From Bugula neritina (Eukaryota; Animalia; Bryozoa), in NCBI GenBank assembly GCA_964035545.1, contig OZ037769.1:11004633-11068632 (forward strand): 64,000 bases of DNA. The letters are read 5' to 3'. Position numbers and translations under genes: made by a program. Below are positions 14,046-29,153 of this stretch, piece after piece. The first letter of the stretch is position 1, and each line of letters opens with the position of its first letter. The notes below the pieces were generated by a model. That model was not told where the DNA came from. It did not search any database and saw only the letters and a program-made list of their open reading frames with translations.

Positions 14046-15565
14046 TATACACCTACCTTATATCTACACCTACAATATATCTACACTTACAATGGCACAT
14101 CTTATATTTCTCATCTAAATAATATACTTTGCTTGATAGCATGCACTCTTTCAGCACATCTGCCTCGAATAACTAAATTTTCAAACAACATAGTAATGGT
14201 ATAGTTTAAACTCCACTTACCGGGAGAATCACTGCACACTAGACTAGTAAGAGTGAAAGATGCTGACTAAAGCACGGATGAAGTGTTTACTATGCTGCCT
14301 GCTGTCTTATATAACACTTTTATTGCATAAAAGGCAAGTAGCATCAAGTCTGAATTGTCTTGTTGATAGCAAAACGTGAATATCAATAAGTTGCGATGAA
14401 TGGCTGTGAAAGACTAGCTAGTGGAGTGTGTGCTGCACATCAACTATTATGTTATTACAACTTTAATTAGGTCTAAAAGACTGAAATCAATATTTTCTAA
14501 TCCAAACGCAGCCCTGCATATATTCACGTTATGATAGGTAATTGTTTGAAAAGTGACACGAATAACAAAAGCCCCAGCACCGGCCTAGTTCATACTGCTG
14601 CATGCCATACGCTATAATAATTTTGACTATAAATGAGAGTTGCACAAAATTGCAACCTGCATAGCACAAGGAAAGTTACTAGCTTTTTCATAAGATAAGT
14701 TTTATGTGGTCACACTCACACAGATACAAGTCTAGAGACTCCAGCAATGGCAACTTAATTAAAGTTTAGCATATAAGATGTGTTGTAATTGAACAGGTGG
14801 AATTAATTAGCATGCAATATATTAGCATCATATATAAATGCATATAATATGTAGTGTTGTCAACATTTCTCAACTTGATGCTTGTAGTCCTGCACAGGTA
14901 GCCTAAATGGACTAAAAATACTCCAAATCAATTCATGTATATGAATACATTCACATGGCTGAAAAGATGGATCTTAGAGAGTAATAACTCACTGCTACAT
15001 ATTTTTTAATTTAATATAGCTGTTTTTGCAGCCTTCCAATATTATCATAAAACTGATGTAGTAGCAGGATGTATGCTTGAGGAAACGACGAAAGGATGAA
15101 TATATTAAACCAACTTCAAAATCAGACGTGAATTGATGGTGTGTTGACTTGAAGTAGGGTGGAGCTAGTGCAAATAAACACTCAACGCATTTATTATGTC
15201 ATGGACACCACTTGCAAGGAATAATGATCAATATATTACAATATGCTGGAGTAAGTGTATACTTTTATATTGAATATATTGAATATATATATTAGAGTAC
15301 CAAGTTGAATCATGAGTAGAATTTTTAGTTTGAAATACTAATCCTGTTGGTGCTATCTTTTTACTATTGACAAGCTGGGCAGGCGAGTAATGCCAAGGTT
15401 TCACATTGTTATTGATTCGCTTTTGTTTTAATCTATAGTGCCACGTTAATTTGATATGTCAGCCCAACTTCAAAGGAATTTGATATTCATATTATATTGT
15501 AAATTAAATTACAAAGAAAGTATAATTAAATATAGAGAATTGGAAATAAATTGAGAGCATAAGTT

Positions 15566-18500
15566 TTAGTTAGCCACTGAAGGCGAGTATCCTTTTGCTA
15601 GTCTGTCAAACTCTGTTTCCCTTGCAAAGTAGCTTTCCACAAACGTGTGCCTTCTGTGGGAATCCTTCAACTGTGACATGTATCTGTTTGAAACCTGCAA
15701 GAATCATCAGGTGAAAGTATTGTAGATCTGCATAAAATATTAGAATCCTTTGACCTATATTTGTATTAGCCTATCAAATCATACAGTAAACTTTATAACA
15801 TAAAGCATTATTTATTGCTATCTGGAAGGGATAATTTCAATTAACTTTATTATTGGGAAATTATTTGAAGTTGTCTCCTTTTCAAGAACAAGATTAGAGC
15901 AACCATTAAAGAAAAGCAATTTCAACGCAATGAGGCACACAGTTAACAAAACAAGAAAATTTCAATTTGCAAATGTATTATATAAGCAATAAAAATATAG
16001 CTGATGGGAAAGTCTTGCAAACTTTTAAAATAAAATTAAAAAAATAATGCTTTAAAAAATCCTATATGATCATTCAACTTTTATCTGCCAAGTCATTTCT
16101 TTTGCCTCAAACAAATTTGGGCATCACGTCATAAAGCAATTCAGCTATTTTAAATTTAATTTTGTTGCATTTTAACGCTCTCGTTTAAGAAAAAAGAACA
16201 CAACTCTCCATATTGCCAAAATTCCACTGGTTAGAGTTACTTATGTTGGGGTAAAAGCATATCATATACAAGAGTTGATTATTCTAGCATTTAGGCTATA
16301 GCATATAACCTGTACACCTCCGGCTACAACACTACAAGTAGATAGAAGTATATACCTCAGGTGCCTTCCCCAGTAGCTGTGACAAAACTATCATGTTAAT
16401 TAGTGTTTCTGCATTATTGCTGTCCTAAAATAACAAAGAATGAAGATAATATTTTCAAAAAAGGACTGACCAGAGTAGATATTACAGATATGGGTGAAAC
16501 ATCTAGTACAGGGATGGGTGATAGTTGGTATAATGATATCAAGATATAAAAGATATCTCTAGACTATACAGATATCTCTAGACTATACAGAGATCTCTAG
16601 ACTATACAGATATCTCTAGACTATACAGATATCTCTAGCCTATACAGAGACCTTTAGACTATACAGATATCTCTAGACTGTACAGATATCTCTAGCCTAT
16701 ACAGATATCTCTAGACTATACAGACATCTCTAGACTATACAGATATCTCTAGCCTATACAGAGATCTTTAGACTATAGAGATATCTTTAGACTGTACAGA
16801 TATCTCTAGGCTATACAGATATCTCTAGCCTATACAGAGATCTTTAGACTATACAGATATCTCTAGACTGTACAGATATCTCTAGGCTATACAGATATCT
16901 CTAGCCTATACAGACATCTCTAGACTATACAGACATCTCTAGACTATACAGAGATCTCTAGACTGTACAGATATCTCTAGGCTATACAGATACCTCTAGC
17001 CTATACAGAGATCTTTAGACTATACAGATATCTCTAGACTGTACAGATATCTCTAGGCTATACAGATATCTCTAGCCTATACAGACATCTCTAGACTATA
17101 CAGACATCTCTAGACTATACAGATATCTCTAGGCTATACAGATATCTCTAGCCTATACAGACATCTCTAGACTATACAGACATCTCTAGACTATACAGAT
17201 ATCTCTAGACTATACAGAGATCTCTATAATAAACAAGCATCTCTAAATATCAATTTTACTGCTGACGCAAGAGTATGAAGACATAAATTAGCAGTTGAGT
17301 GATTAGAACTGCTGCATGTGTTTGTCTGAAGACAAGCTTTAGAGTGGGAAGACAACTCACTCTGTCCATTGACTCTTGCAGCACTGTGTCAGCGTCATCG
17401 TATTTACCCTGAGCAATATAGGCAGCGGCTTGACCGTTCAGCAGCGTAGGGGTGGAGCTGTTCCTATCGGCCATTTCTTGAAATATATCATATGCGTCCT
17501 TGAGTTTGTCCCCTCCCTGTAACCAGATATAGTATATTACACATGCTATGAAGAGCTGTGCACATGTAAAGAGATGAGAGTATTGAGAGCAGCTCTATCT
17601 CTAGCTATAGCCTAGGATCTTCAAAAATAGAATATAATGCACTTGCCGAAGCGAGGAAAATCCAAGCCTGTGCAAGCTGAGAGATGGTGGCATCTTCATC
17701 CTTCTCCTGCATTTTAGTCCATTCCTTTCTATAAAGGTAGAAATACATATCTGTATTGATTTCCATCACACAGGAGTACATGTGACATTTAGATAATACT
17801 TTTTATTATATTAACTATGGTTGTAGGATACCTGATAAGAAGTTTCAAATAAAACTAAGAGATTTTAACTTGCAAAAAGCTAGAATAACTTACCTTGCAA
17901 CATCTACCCGATCCATCTTCAGGTATATTTGAATCATCAAGGCTATGCTGCAACACAACGTCATGTGTTAATCAATTGTATTTTATTTCTAACTTGAAGG
18001 TTGGATAGTGACAGAGAGAATAGTATTCAACATTTTAGGGAAACAATACAAAAAATTATTGCTAGTTTTCAACTAATGGAGATGCAGTTTGTTCAAGATT
18101 CATATAAATAACTTGAACCAAATTATATATGATGCAAAAACTATGTGGATCTCAAATTCTATTCATACCATTCTAAATCGTCAGACTGATGAAGTATTTT
18201 AAGAGCAGCGTCAAGATTTCCCTCCAAATAGTAGACATTGGCAGCCATTAGAATGAAAGTGGCATCACTCAAGTCATAGCTGCTGGAAACCTTCTTGTCT
18301 AAAGCACTGATTATTTTGGGTCTAAAACATGTACAGAATTTGCTATTATATAAAAAACATTGTTAAGCAGTACAACGCTAATTACTATATAACTGTTGCT
18401 AGGACTTAGCAAATAGGCTCATAGAATCTACAGTTCTAAAAGGAAATAAATATGCAAGCGATAAGTAAACAAACACCTGTTCATTTCATTTGAAAGATAA

Positions 18501-19898
18501 TCAGCGAGCATTCGAACTGCCTGAAGAGGGCCATCTGATGATGGCCTGATTTCATCCAACACAACTCCATATTTCCTTTGCCCCAGGTATGCTCTATACA
18601 TCAACACGTCTTTCAACGTTCTTGCATCATCACCACTCGGCTGCATTCAAAGCTTAGCATCATTAAATTGTAATATAACTTAATAAATCAAATGCAAAAA
18701 ACAGCTAAATTTAATACTAAGGAACATCAAAGTTCTACAAGTCATCTAACTAAAATCACATCAATTAGGCTAAATTAACTTCACACATTTAAGTTTAAGT
18801 TTAAACATTTAATGAGAATTGTAGAATAGTTGAATAGTATATGTATGAGTTGAGTTAATGTAAAACATTACACCATTTCAAGATAAAAAAAGATCAAATT
18901 AAATCAGTGGTATAAGAATAATGTGATCTTTGCTTGAATAACTGATGCAAACTAATAACTTAAAATCAGTAAGAAATAAAGATTCCTTATTCTTTCTAGT
19001 TTAAACGTAAACTATGAATAGGAAAATAAAATGCATCATGTAAGGAGAAAGTGGTATAAAACAAGAAGAGTTTTGCTAAAATATTTGTTAAAGTAAATTT
19101 GAGCATTGAAATTATGCTGTTTGTCTGTTAAAAATTTAAAACCTGAAAGTTAGTTATTAAATAAGTAAAATTTCAGTTTTGAACTTGAAATCAAAGGTGT
19201 CATTGTATACTATATAATATAGTAATAATTTTAATAATAATAGTAATAGCAATACTTATACTTAATTTTACTATAATACTAATACCTATAGCTATTGATT
19301 ATTGAAACAAATCTAACTTGTTTAAAACACACTAAAGCCACGTAAGCTTATAGGTCTACCACTATTAGTATTAGCATTCCTATCAGTGTTGCTACTAGTG
19401 GCTATTTATATCACTGGCACTATCAGAGTATCACTATGTCTATAATCTTTACTCAGTCTACAGTAATAGTCGGAATGACAACAATAATGACTCCTTCATT
19501 GATCCTCATCAATTGTGATTGATTATAATTTATAACTATTATAATTAAATCAATTTTGACTAGAACTAGAAGATTGAGATTTTCATTCCATTGAGTTGGA
19601 TCACTCATTTACTCAGTATCAGCCTTCATCCTCAGGTTTAAGAGTCATTGTCCATGACTCACAGTGACGACAGAATGAGGTCACAGAGTCAGACTCAGGC
19701 TGACAAATTTTTAAACTTTGATCCCATTCATTTTCAATTTCATTGATTTAATTCTGATTTCATCGACTTTGAAGAGCTCAAAAACTATGTTAGTAAACAA
19801 AAACTTACCTTGGCTTTTTGAGCTTCATTTATGCAATGCTGGAAATTGCCTGTATAAAGAGCATTTTTAACTTCAAATAGTTCATCTACTTCTGCCAT
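15566..19898 (-). CDS. COPE: Coatomer subunit epsilon (8 exons)
   Basis: Exons 19809-19898, 18477-18640, 18169-18321, 17894-17947, 17647-17728, 17361-17516, 16356-16424, 15566-15694; [76 protein letters not shown]. Confidence 0.95.
16551..17225. repeat. Minisatellite, 19-bp unit GATATCTCTAGACTATACA
   Basis: Tandem array in a COPE intron. Confidence 0.95.
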
Positions 19899-20434
19899 AA
19901 CGTCTAGTAATACTAACTTTATAATAATAAATTTAATAGCTACAGGAGTACTAGTTAGTCTTGCTTTGTTGTATCCGGTTTGTTTTTAGCCTGTAAATCT
20001 TGAACAAATTAATTTTGAATCGTTCCAGTGTCAAGGTTTTCTAACGGAGCTGATCTATTCTTTGGCATGAGTAAGAAAACTCCTCATAGATAATCTTCAG
20101 AAAGTCAAATATATGAAATTGTATTATAATATTATTTTGGCTTTGTATCGAAAATATTATTTTGTATTTTATTTTATTTAGTAGAGTTATCTTCTCTCAC
20201 AGGCTTGAATACTCAAAGCACTTTCATGATTGTAAAATAGTTGATGATTGCATAATATAATATGTGTACAATTCTCTAAACTACTGTTGAGTATTGGTAG
20301 CCTTATATAGTCTATTCCATTAAACATATTGATGAAGATGAGATAATCACAATGAAGGAAGTGCATGTCTGTGATTTTACATTATATATACTATTTGGGT
20401 ATTTGAACTATCATGACAGTGAGTGAAAAAATAT

Positions 20435-20645
20435 CGCAAGTTTATAGTCGCCATCCCTGTGCGAAAACCTCTGATGGATAGGTTTTTTTGTTAAATCGTG
20501 CTAAGGACTTATCCAGATGGGGCACAGGAGTAATTTATATGACTGGATGCTCTTCCTAGCATCACCAATGGCCATTGCCGGGTTTGAAACCATGACTTCG
20601 TGTTTACTAAGCAAACACTTTAACCCCTAGACCTCGACTGCTCCC
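20435..20645 (-). mobile_element. tRNA-derived SINE copy
   Basis: Reverse complement of the same SINE family. Confidence 0.8.
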
Positions 20646-21354
20646 TATCATGCCGGTAAATAATTACAAAATTGCACGCAAATCTTATACTCAAGAGCAT
20701 AATTTTATTTAGTTGAGTAAAATATGCAAATATTTTTATCTCTGTCAAACCTCTCCTTTTGAAAGCAAACAATAGTGTTTGAAATAGTGGAATTAAAATT
20801 GTAAAACCAAGCACACCATACTGGAATTCTGATGTGTAATGATATTCATTTATTATGATTATATAAAGGCATAATGCTGAAAATTCTTATGACTACTCAA
20901 ATTGAAATAATATTTTACCTGTAAATCATTTCTTCAGCAAAAATAAAGATACTTAAACTATGTAAACCACACATTTATTTATTATTATATATATATGTTA
21001 ATGCAACTGGCACTTTGTTCTATGAAAGCATATAAAAGTGTTTAGATTTGATGTCTTTTGAAGCTGTTTCAACCAAAATACAGACAGCTGTAGAACATAT
21101 TATATTTGATTAAATACAACTTAGAAAACGACAAGGAGTTGTTTTTCAAATCTTTGCATTCTTCAAATTGCTGGTACTAGCTGTAATATACAAACCATAT
21201 ACAATCAATCATAGTTTGTATCTCTTGAAGGAACACGATAGCATATATACCATGAGCAAGTTTACCATCTTTAAAATATATCTTCCTAAGATATACTTGA
21301 AGTGGTTAGAACATTTTGAGAGAAAATTTTTCTATTTACAGCTATTGAAGAAAA

Positions 21355-21512
<158 letters not shown>

Positions 21513-22001
21513 CACACGTACACACGCACACACTTTTAAAATACAAAAAGATATCCTTAAAGTATTGCAGTATTGTTGTATAGCCATCAATCAGAACCTT
21601 GTTTAAAAAGTTCGTCCATCAGTGCAGTGAGAGTTAGAAACAAATTTGTTCCTCAAAAAATTTTATTGCGAAAATTTATAATTTCAATAATTAAGTGGTT
21701 GTACTAAAAACACTAATGACGACAACAATTTCAATTTATTAAAAATAAACATATGACGTATGATAATTATAACATACAATAATTGCAGATTTATGCACTT
21801 GCCATTAAAAAATAAATAAAATTTATGTGTGCACCTATAATGAAATTCCCAAAACTGCGCTGGTCTGTATATTCTTTTTGAAGAAGGCAAAATTACTCAA
21901 ATAAAAGTAATTTGATTAAAACATATTTGAAGGCTCACTGATTTTTTAAAAGCCCGAAAAGATTTGCATAAATTTTATTTTTCGGTTTACTCTGTCAAAA
22001 A

Positions 22002-23833
<1,832 letters not shown>

Positions 23834-24691
23834 GACCGGAATTTAACCTTTTCTGTTATTCAACAAAGTTCAATGGGTTAATTATTGTTTACTAGAAAGT
23901 TTTAATCAACTGAAAGACCTACTTTCAATGCACTAAAAACAATCACAGCATGACGTTTTTATTATTTCATATTTCAATAATGCTTTGCATTGTTACATAT
24001 TAACAATACCAATTAGTGAGGATACATTCAAAGACAGTTGCTAGTCTCTGTAAACCGAAAAGATCTGTCAAAGAAGTAGAGAGAATAGCCAGTTAGAGTA
24101 TTGTTGTCATCACTCTACTGCTTATGTAGCTTGTAACATTGGTTAATTTTTAAACTTTTATAGCTGCTTTTTCAATAACATAATATGTTCTGTAAAGAAG
24201 TTATTTCAATTGTTAGCAAATTTCTAAATAATACGGGCCACCATAGTGCAAGATTATTTAAATTTAATTAGAAGTAACACACTTATAAATATTTTACAAT
24301 ATCACGGTACAGAGCAAGTTATATTTCAAGTGTAGAAAGGTTGAACATGCAACTATCCCTAGCGTTCTCATTCACATTACCTTTAGGTTTGTATACAGTT
24401 AAAGCATGGTGACTTTTCAATGCAGGTAAATTAGGATAATGCTTTTATTTGCAATCATCTTCCCACTAATGACTGTTTTTCTTGGGCATCTCAAGTAACA
24501 GTTAGTATATATAGTATAGTCTACTGTGTTATGATTTCTACAGCAATGCAATCTGGTATTTACCACTTGACTGTGATGTCACAATGTTTTCATAACAAAT
24601 GTAGTGACATACGTATCACATATTCACTGTGTTTCCATGACTGCGCATTATGCAGTGATGAAGAAGTACCAAATGCACTATAAAATAATTT

Positions 24692-24764
24692 TGCCCCCAT
24701 TGGGATTTGAACCCAAGATCTTCGGCTTGCAAGCAGATGCACTAACCATTACACCACAGGGAAC
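24692..24764 (-). pseudogene. tRNA-like sequence (tRNA pseudogene or SINE head)
   Basis: GTTCCCTGTGGTGTAATGGTTAG...GGTTCAAATCCCAATGGGGGCA has A/B boxes, but the anticodon arm has a mismatch and a 6-nt loop. Confidence 0.6.
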
Positions 24765-25557
24765 AGTGAGTAAACTCAACACTACATGCACAGAGTAATA
24801 AGGCTTTTTATTGAGTTTATAAACATAATTTTGTTGACTACAAACAACTGTATATTTAAAAATATGTATATAATATACATTTACAATAGCACAATCACAA
24901 TGCATCTACTACCTTTGAAAAGGCATAAAAGGGCTGAGATAAAACAGAGTTACAATAAATAAGACTGACTGGTATAATTGAGTAAAAATAACAAATATTT
25001 GTAGTTATAGGTACAATAAGTTAGCACAGAAACTTGTAAAACATTTATTATAATAAACTCCTATTTTTTTAACCAAATCCTATAGATGAAAAAGCTCTCC
25101 TATGCACAGTACCATAAATGATTATCAAAAGATGGACAAAGGGTTATCATGCTGCAACCAAAATGACTTGAGAAATGTTGAACAATTATAAAATCGCACA
25201 GAAAATGGACAGAGTTGTGTATATAATACCAATATCTGTCATAGGAGATGGCAAGATCAGTATACACAGACTATATAAATAACCATTGGTAAAGCAATTT
25301 GCTTATAAACTAAAATCCAAAAAACTGTAAAAATTAAATATGATTAATAATTAAAGTCACCACTTAAAAAAACATAAAAAATATCCTACATAAACATGCA
25401 TTATGCAACATATTACATACTTAACTAGTCAGCTAGCAAACAGCATTAAAAATAATATATTAATAATAATCAGTGAATATTAATATACAACATCTAGACA
25501 AAATGGAATGAGCTTGCAAAAAAGTTGTCTGGATTGCCAATTTATATAGAAGATAAG

Positions 25558-28500
25558 TCAACTTAAGTGTTCTTTGGGTGACATATTTGGCATTTCTACA
25601 TACCCCTTTGTTATAATATTTTTCCATAAAGTCAGAAAGCTAGTATCAGGTTTTGTTTGTTTGACCAGTGCTTTCAAGTCTCGATATGTCATTTCACAAG
25701 TTGGAATATTGAGATAACTAAAGAATTGTAAAAAAAGTATCATTAGGCAATAGAGAGGCTCATAACTAAGGTATTTGTTTATTTATTTGTAAATGATTGA
25801 TATGATCTCTGAAATCTTTTCTAAAGTACATTATAACATGAACTGAAAAATAAAACGTACAGAAATGAATTATAAAGTGATTTTGAAGAGCTGATCATAT
25901 GACCGACTTACTGACCTAGTTTAGTAAGTGAGAGAGTCCTTACCTACTTACATGACCTAGTTTAGTAAATGAAAGAGTCCTTACCTACTTACATGACCTA
26001 CTTTAGTGAATGAGAGAGTACCTACTTACATGACCTAGTTTTGTGAGTGAGAGAGTACTTACCCACTGATAACATCTCTTACATTTCTAGCATACAATTC
26101 TGCATTTTCCTTCTCAGCCTCTGAAGGATCGTAAACTGGATGGAATTCTATTTCAATTCCCAGAAATGGAGTACAGAGCATCAGAGTCCATATTGCTGCT
26201 CTACAGAAGCAGAATTTATTGCATACACACTATTTGAATAAATAATATCTACAATATCTGCGTTATAGACTGCAGCTTATCCTAGGCCGTAGAGGTAGTG
26301 ATACAAGAGGTTGATTGGATATGTTTTAGTTGACAGGTATTAGGGAGGTAATAGACAGGTAGTAGGTAGGTAGTAGGTAGGTAGCAGGTAGAATGTTTCA
26401 ACAGATCAGGTCTATGAGTACAACTGGGTTTTAGTATATGAAGTATTTAAATTAGAAAACACCTTCATACAGCACAACTGTTCTACAATACGATTAAATT
26501 CTAGGAAACACTAGTAATTTATAGCTTTAAGTCTGCTATAAGATGGTACTCTAACAATAACTTTGCAGTTATGAAAGAAATCAGGCTACAGAAAGCAGAA
26601 CACCGCTGCCTGCTGCTGCTGCCTGCTGTACAAAGCAGCTAATAGCAAGTCTAACCTAATGCTGAGAAAGATACTGAACTGTGATTGTACAATAAAGTAT
26701 TGCAATGAACATATTTTGTTACTATATATCACAATATACACACACATGGACCTAAGCTAAGATACTGTTATGCTAAATGGAGGTATAGTACATACACTGA
26801 TGGTCCTGAGTCTATCCAGCTGGTGACATCATGTTTAGTGAGGTATTTGATAGTAACAGGTTGAACTGGCACTCCAGGCAGAAAGGCACCTACAGAACAA
26901 ACGCTACTCTAGTATAAACTAAATAGCTTTGTAAGCTGCAACAACATGGCATATGCTATGAAGAACATAATATTAACAGTATGTGCTTGTAACTAGTTAG
27001 TGTAGCACATGGCAGGTTAAAACGCTGATCCATCAAGTGTTGAGAATGAACCACTTGCGCATATATTCCATGTAACTACTTACAGGCTTAACTTCCGAAA
27101 AAAATGCGTTCAAATCAACGATTGTTTTCTGTTAGCATGAAGCAAAGGTAAGTATTCTACACAGGTGCAAGTAAGAAGGGACAACAATACGATTTGAGTG
27201 TGTATAGTATGTTAAGTTACACCAAGTTCTATTCAACCATATTTTAAGGGTAGCCATAGAATGGTACTCCAATAGGGAGCAGCCATGGTCTAGGGATTAG
27301 AGCGTTTGCCTAGTAAATACGAAGTCATGGGTTCGAGCCCGGACAATGGTCATTGGGGATGTTAGGAAGAGCATCCAGTCATAATTGCTCCTGTGCCTCA
27401 TCTTAATAAGTCCTTAGCCCGATTTAACAAAAACCCTTCCCGTCAGGGGTTTTCTCACAGGGATAGTGACTATAAACTTGCGTGAGTATTGGATTCTCAT
27501 ATCTGACTAAGAAGATATGAATGTTTTTATCCAAAATAATTACTTGCATATATATGTAAAGAATTTTAATACAAACTCAACATATACTGTACTATACTAT
27601 AATAATATATTATAGTATAGTATACATATCATAATTCTCAACTATTAAAATTTATTAAACGAAAATTTTTCTTCACTAATTTTTGTTGGCTAAAAAGACA
27701 AAGCAAAAGTAATATATATATATATATGAAAAATATATACATACAATACATAATATGTTATGTTACATAGTATATACATAATATGTACATATCTTACATG
27801 CAAACATATAAATTTGACACAACATTTGGTCTAAATATATGTTTTATGGAAAGTGGTCTAGGGGTTAGAGCGTTTGCCTAGTAAGCACGAAGGTCATGGG
27901 TTCGAGCCCAGACAAAGGCCATTAGTGATGTTAGGAAAAGCATCCAGTCACAATTGCTCCTGTGCCTCATTTAAATAAGTCCTTGGCCCGATTTAACAAA
28001 AACCCTTTCTATCAGGGGTTTCTTACAGAGATAGCGACTATAAACTTGCATGAGTGAGTGAGTTTTATAGAATGGTACTCTAATACAAAAGCAGTTGCCA
28101 GACCTCAAACGGCCACAGTACTATACATAACGTGTCTAAGGAAAGTTAGAGTTAGGCTAATGTTCCCAATGATATGACACTCAAGAGGCCTGTACAAAGC
28201 AAAATACATGCAGTCCCTGCAGGTTTCTCTAGAAAGAGCTATATTTTATTATCATGAATAATTATGATTCCACAAACCTGTTTTAAATGGGAGGAGACTT
28301 TTACCATTAGAGCAAAATCCTTCAGGAAGTATTATTATCTGAGGCCACGCCCCTTTAGTTGCTGCTCTCTTCTTAATCTTTGCAGTAGCTTTATTACGAG
28401 AGTCTGGGTCACCTCTCTCCACAAATATAGATTGGCATGCTCGGAATATGGCTAAATGGCAACAAATAAGTCTATGAACCAGCAGACTAACAGATTGATC

Positions 28501-29067
28501 AAAGAACTATTAAAATTAATACATTAATGTCTAACGTTATTTGACAAGAAATTTAATTTAATAGAGGAAATCTAAGGTTGAGACAGAATTTTCATAAAAT
28601 CAGGTTATGCTGCACGTTAAGAGTTGTCTTTCTACACACGATGTGTTATAGAACTGCCATGGACACTTAAAATATGTATGTCCCTATTTAAAATTATTAT
28701 TTTAAATAATAGGCCTACAGTATATAATTCCATGATACTGGCACACAAAACACACTAGCATAGCTGTTTACAACAACTTAATTTACAAATTTTTATAGCC
28801 GTTTTTCAGCTTCTATGATATGAATCAATTCATTTGTTATATAACCAGATTTATACTTTTATTCCTACATAGCGAGTTAAACAGGACACTTCACTGCCTA
28901 CAATATTGAGTTATTATGCATGCTGAAAATAGAGTGTAAAGGCAAGAAGCTGGGTTTAAGTCTTTATCACTGCTATCTACCAAATGTGTCGACTGTGTAA
29001 AGTTCTTAAAACTGAGCTTACAACGGCATGTGGTTTAGCGTCATATGCACATTTTAAAAATTATTTG

Positions 29068-29153
<86 letters not shown>

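Noticed and set aside
24692-24764. Functional tRNA-Cys
   Set aside because: Anticodon arm has a mismatch and a 6-nt loop; better explained as a pseudogene or SINE head
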